A stretch of 64,000 nucleotides of DNA. It comes from the human T2T-CHM13v2.0 reference genome, Homo sapiens. Location of the stretch: NCBI RefSeq assembly GCF_009914755.1, contig NC_060936.1; one strand, given 5' to 3'. Positions 60,433 through 64,000 of the stretch are shown piece by piece. The stretch's first letter is position 1. The number at the start of each line of letters is the position of its first letter. The notes beneath the pieces were generated by a model. That model was not told where the DNA came from, did not search any database, and saw nothing but the letters and a program-made list of their open reading frames with translations. The translations under genes and the position numbers were made by a program.

Positions 60433-61709
60433 AATAAGCATGGAGGTAAACCATTCAAGGTCTGAATGTAGACTGCTCTTGCCATCTGAGATTTGGTTTT
60501 GTTATGTTTAAAATCCATGTAACACCCACTCCCTCAGGGTGGTTGTAATTCATGAGATGATATATACATAAAGGGCCTGCTGGATAAATGCTGGTGCACT
60601 TCTTTCTCCCCCTTTCTTTTTTCTTTTTTTCAGAGAAAGGGGGTGGAACTCTTAACACTGAGATAGGTTTTCCTGTGTGGCTTATAGAAATCATCTTTTT
60701 ACTTTAAGGTTTACACGTACGGTATCTTAATTGTGAACTTTATTAGATAATCTAATGTATCTGTTAGTTAAAATCTACATAAAACATAACTCAATTATAC
60801 ACACACAGATGGACTGACAGCAAGTCACATATTGAGAAAAATTCCAGTCCTTCTTGCATTAAGAGAAACCTGGACATGGCCAAAGAATACCATTGGCAAT
60901 ACAGAGCTGAAAGCTATTACCTGACGTGGCTGCTTGTACCACATGCTGTTCATTGATTCATTAATCTATAAGGAACTTGAGTACCAAATCAGGAAGACTG
61001 CATGACTCAAGAGACGAATGCAGTGACAGTGTGGTGTCGCCACAATGTCAAGGTTCAGCTCAGTCTCACAGGCTGTAAAGCCGAAGTGTATACAGGTCAC
61101 CTGTAAGCCCAGATCTGCTCAGACTACACTACCACCTCCTTGAACATTTAGCTCAGCATCACCTGCAAGTCTTCCTGAAGGTTAAACAGAGAGCCTAGCT
61201 CTCTAGCAACAGTCTTGAGATAAGCCTAAGCATCTGGACCGAGAAGGGCACTCATCACAGCACAACTGATGTAGCCAACAGCAAGACTTGCAAGCTGTTA
61301 CTGGGTGTAGCAAGTTGGAATGAGGCAATCACAAGCTAGACAAGCTTAACTAATGTGTTAAAGGCGTCCTGCAGCCTGGCTTCTTGCATTGCAGCCAGTT
61401 TGGAAGAGACAACAGCAGACTGTGCCAGCTGGATGTGCCCAGATATAAAGAATGTAGTGTCCCTTGCAGGAGAAGCTCAAAGAGGGTGTTCAAATATTCG
61501 TGTAACACTGATAGGCTCTCTTGCCAGTCCAAACCACTAAGCATGCACTGAACACCTATTCTATACCCCTGTTGAACTGAGGTATTTGGGGCAAAAGGCT
61601 AGATATCTAAAAACAGGTGCTATAATAGTCATTAACTACTGTATGTCTAGACCAGCCATTCATTGTGATTCAACTAGTCAGTATTGTCATGTTCAGTAAG
61701 TGTGTGTTT

Positions 61710-62240
61710 AACTCCAGTTAACAAACATTTTCCAAGTGCTTCCTCTTAGCTACATCCTGTGCCAGTTGGAAACATATAATCAGCCTCAAGGAGTTTAACA
61801 TCTGGTGGGGAGTCAAAAGAGGGTATTAAATAGCACACAAGGAAACTGCATGCATCATAAGAGGAGAAACCATTACCAAGAGAAGACTGAAGAGATTAAT
61901 TTTTACTGTAGGATCTAGGAAGGCTTCACAGGTCTGGCCATGTAAACTGTGACTTAAACATAGACAAGGAGGATTTCAGGAAGCTCAAGGCGAGAGGAAG
62001 CTCAAGGTGAGGGAATGCTCAGCCTAGGCCTAGGAAGGAACAAAAATGCTTTCCAGGTGGAGGATACAAGAATGGCAGAGAAAGAGAGGTCTGGAGATAC
62101 ATGGTGTGCTTCTGGAAGGGGAGACCTAAGGTGATGAAGAGCACGGAGTAAATAAAGAAGTGAGGAGGGGCAATGGGAAGCAAAGATGGAACATTAAACT
62201 GGAGCCAGTTGATTTTATGACAATGTAGGCTGAATTGTAG
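61710..62240 (-). mobile_element. L2 fragment
   Basis: ttaacaaacattttccaagtgcttcc...gcctcaaggagtttaacatctggtgggg...ggaaggcttcacag. Confidence 0.6.
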
Positions 62241-62601
62241 GATGCTGGAAAGTACAAAAGCAACTGGTCAGTTCATGGTTAGTGAAAAATATATGCAAAT
62301 GGCCAGCATGTATTTTAGCCTCAAACTACAGGTTTCCATTACCAACATGGTGGCTATAACCTGGGAACTGCAGCCTCTAACAAATATTCAAACACTGGAA
62401 GGAGAAACATCAGTGAACATAATTGGATAGAATTCAAATAATGTAACAGCAGATCCTCAGATCTTCTAGCAAGGTTAACAATATCACAGGCAGAAATTTC
62501 AAATTAGGAGTTAATTTGCTATAGAAACCTGTCTTTGGAATACCACCAATAATATTTGTATAAAGTATAAAATATGTATAAGGCTATTGATATTTATTTT
62601 A

Positions 62602-62823
<222 letters not shown>

Positions 62824-64000
62824 TTAGAAACTTGAATTGAAATCCATGACTAAATAATAAGTCCCCCAATTTTACTTTGTCATGTAAATTGTTTTGTAGG
62901 CTAAATTTCTCTGCCTCCTTCTTAGACTTCCCTCAGAACCTTATGCATGTAAGCATCCTCCCTAACATCCTTCCCTAAATAACTACCCAGCTCTAAGACT
63001 CCTCTGTCCCTTTCACTGTGTTACTATGGATTTTTTTCAATTAGTACAAAAGCTCGCTGCAACTTTTTTTAAGGTCATTTTGCTAATAGGATTTTCCTCT
63101 TTTCTTAGGAACCAACCTTAACCAGTTCCTGATCATACTGCCACAGGCTGCCTGTGTTTTATGCACTCTCTCTCTGATACCTCTGAATTGAAACTGTTAT
63201 TGCCCTACTCATTTGTTCTTTCACGCAGTAATTGTCCCCAATATGCTCTAAGCACAGATTTCCAATTGTACAAGAAGAATTATTTGTCAGAAATAAAATG
63301 CTGTCTATGGTTTTATAGTAAAACATGCCATTGGCCCAGCATCACATATTCTATATGTCTAGTAGTAGTAGTCTTTGATTATTTTTCTTCATATTTTATC
63401 CAAAAAGAACATTAAAAACTTAAGTATCTCTCTTATTTTTTTCAATTCATATCAAAAATTTTTCATCATAATTTTAAATACTTGAAAGGATCTAACTTCC
63501 TATGCATTGTAGATATCGACATTTCAAAATGAGGCCATAATGTTCCTGTATTAAATTTACCAAATGTCATTTGAACACTACAGCAACTTGAAGCTCATCA
63601 TCTTCCATTTACCTAAACATGAATAGGCTCTTCTTTAATTGGTAGACACTTCATACCCTTTCTCCTTGAACTCATACTTTCATTGTATTTCCCCCTCATT
63701 TTTGTAAATTACATAGTTATGCTTAAAACTATTGTATTTATCATCCTTCTCCCTATAATAAAAAATATACAATTAAATCTATATTTCAAATTTCTTTTGA
63801 CCATAAGCCTCTAAGTGTTAAAATTTAAATTTTGTATTACTATTCCAATTATTAATTCACAGATACTTGATATATCATAAATAAAACAGAAAATGATAAA
63901 TAATTAATAAATATAAAAAATCACCTCTTAATAATCTAGGTATAACAGATTTATTTTCAGTAAGTTCAGTTGTCTGTGGCTGAATCTTACCTTTTGTTAG

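Overview
Human (primate) genomic DNA: AT-rich, CpG-depleted and dense in repeats. The window lies inside TMTC1 (ER protein O-mannosyltransferase, TPR-containing), transcribed on the minus strand. Three internal coding exons splice in frame with canonical AG/GT sites: 57013-56940 (74 nt), 54121-53945 (177 nt) and 50105-49899 (207 nt). From recalled gene structure these are probably exons 3-5. Positions 1-49898 are part of one very long downstream intron. The rest is interspersed repeat: about 23 Alu copies or fragments; solo LTRs (THE1, MST, MLT1, MLT2, MER34-like, MER93-like, LTR33-like); DNA transposon fossils (Charlie, MER20, MER63, Tigger3a, MER85); L1, L2, L3, MIR; and microsatellites. Nearly all ORF-track entries are Alu or repeat artefacts. 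I see no new gene system. The best leads are circRNA and skipping potential of these exons, two motif-complete antisense LTR promoters (MLT2A1 with DUX4-like sites and a splice donor; an ERV1 LTR with an NF-kB site aimed at the 207-nt exon), and several clear insertion or template-switch fossils. Repeat subfamily names come from recalled consensus sequences and need RepeatMasker/Dfam confirmation.
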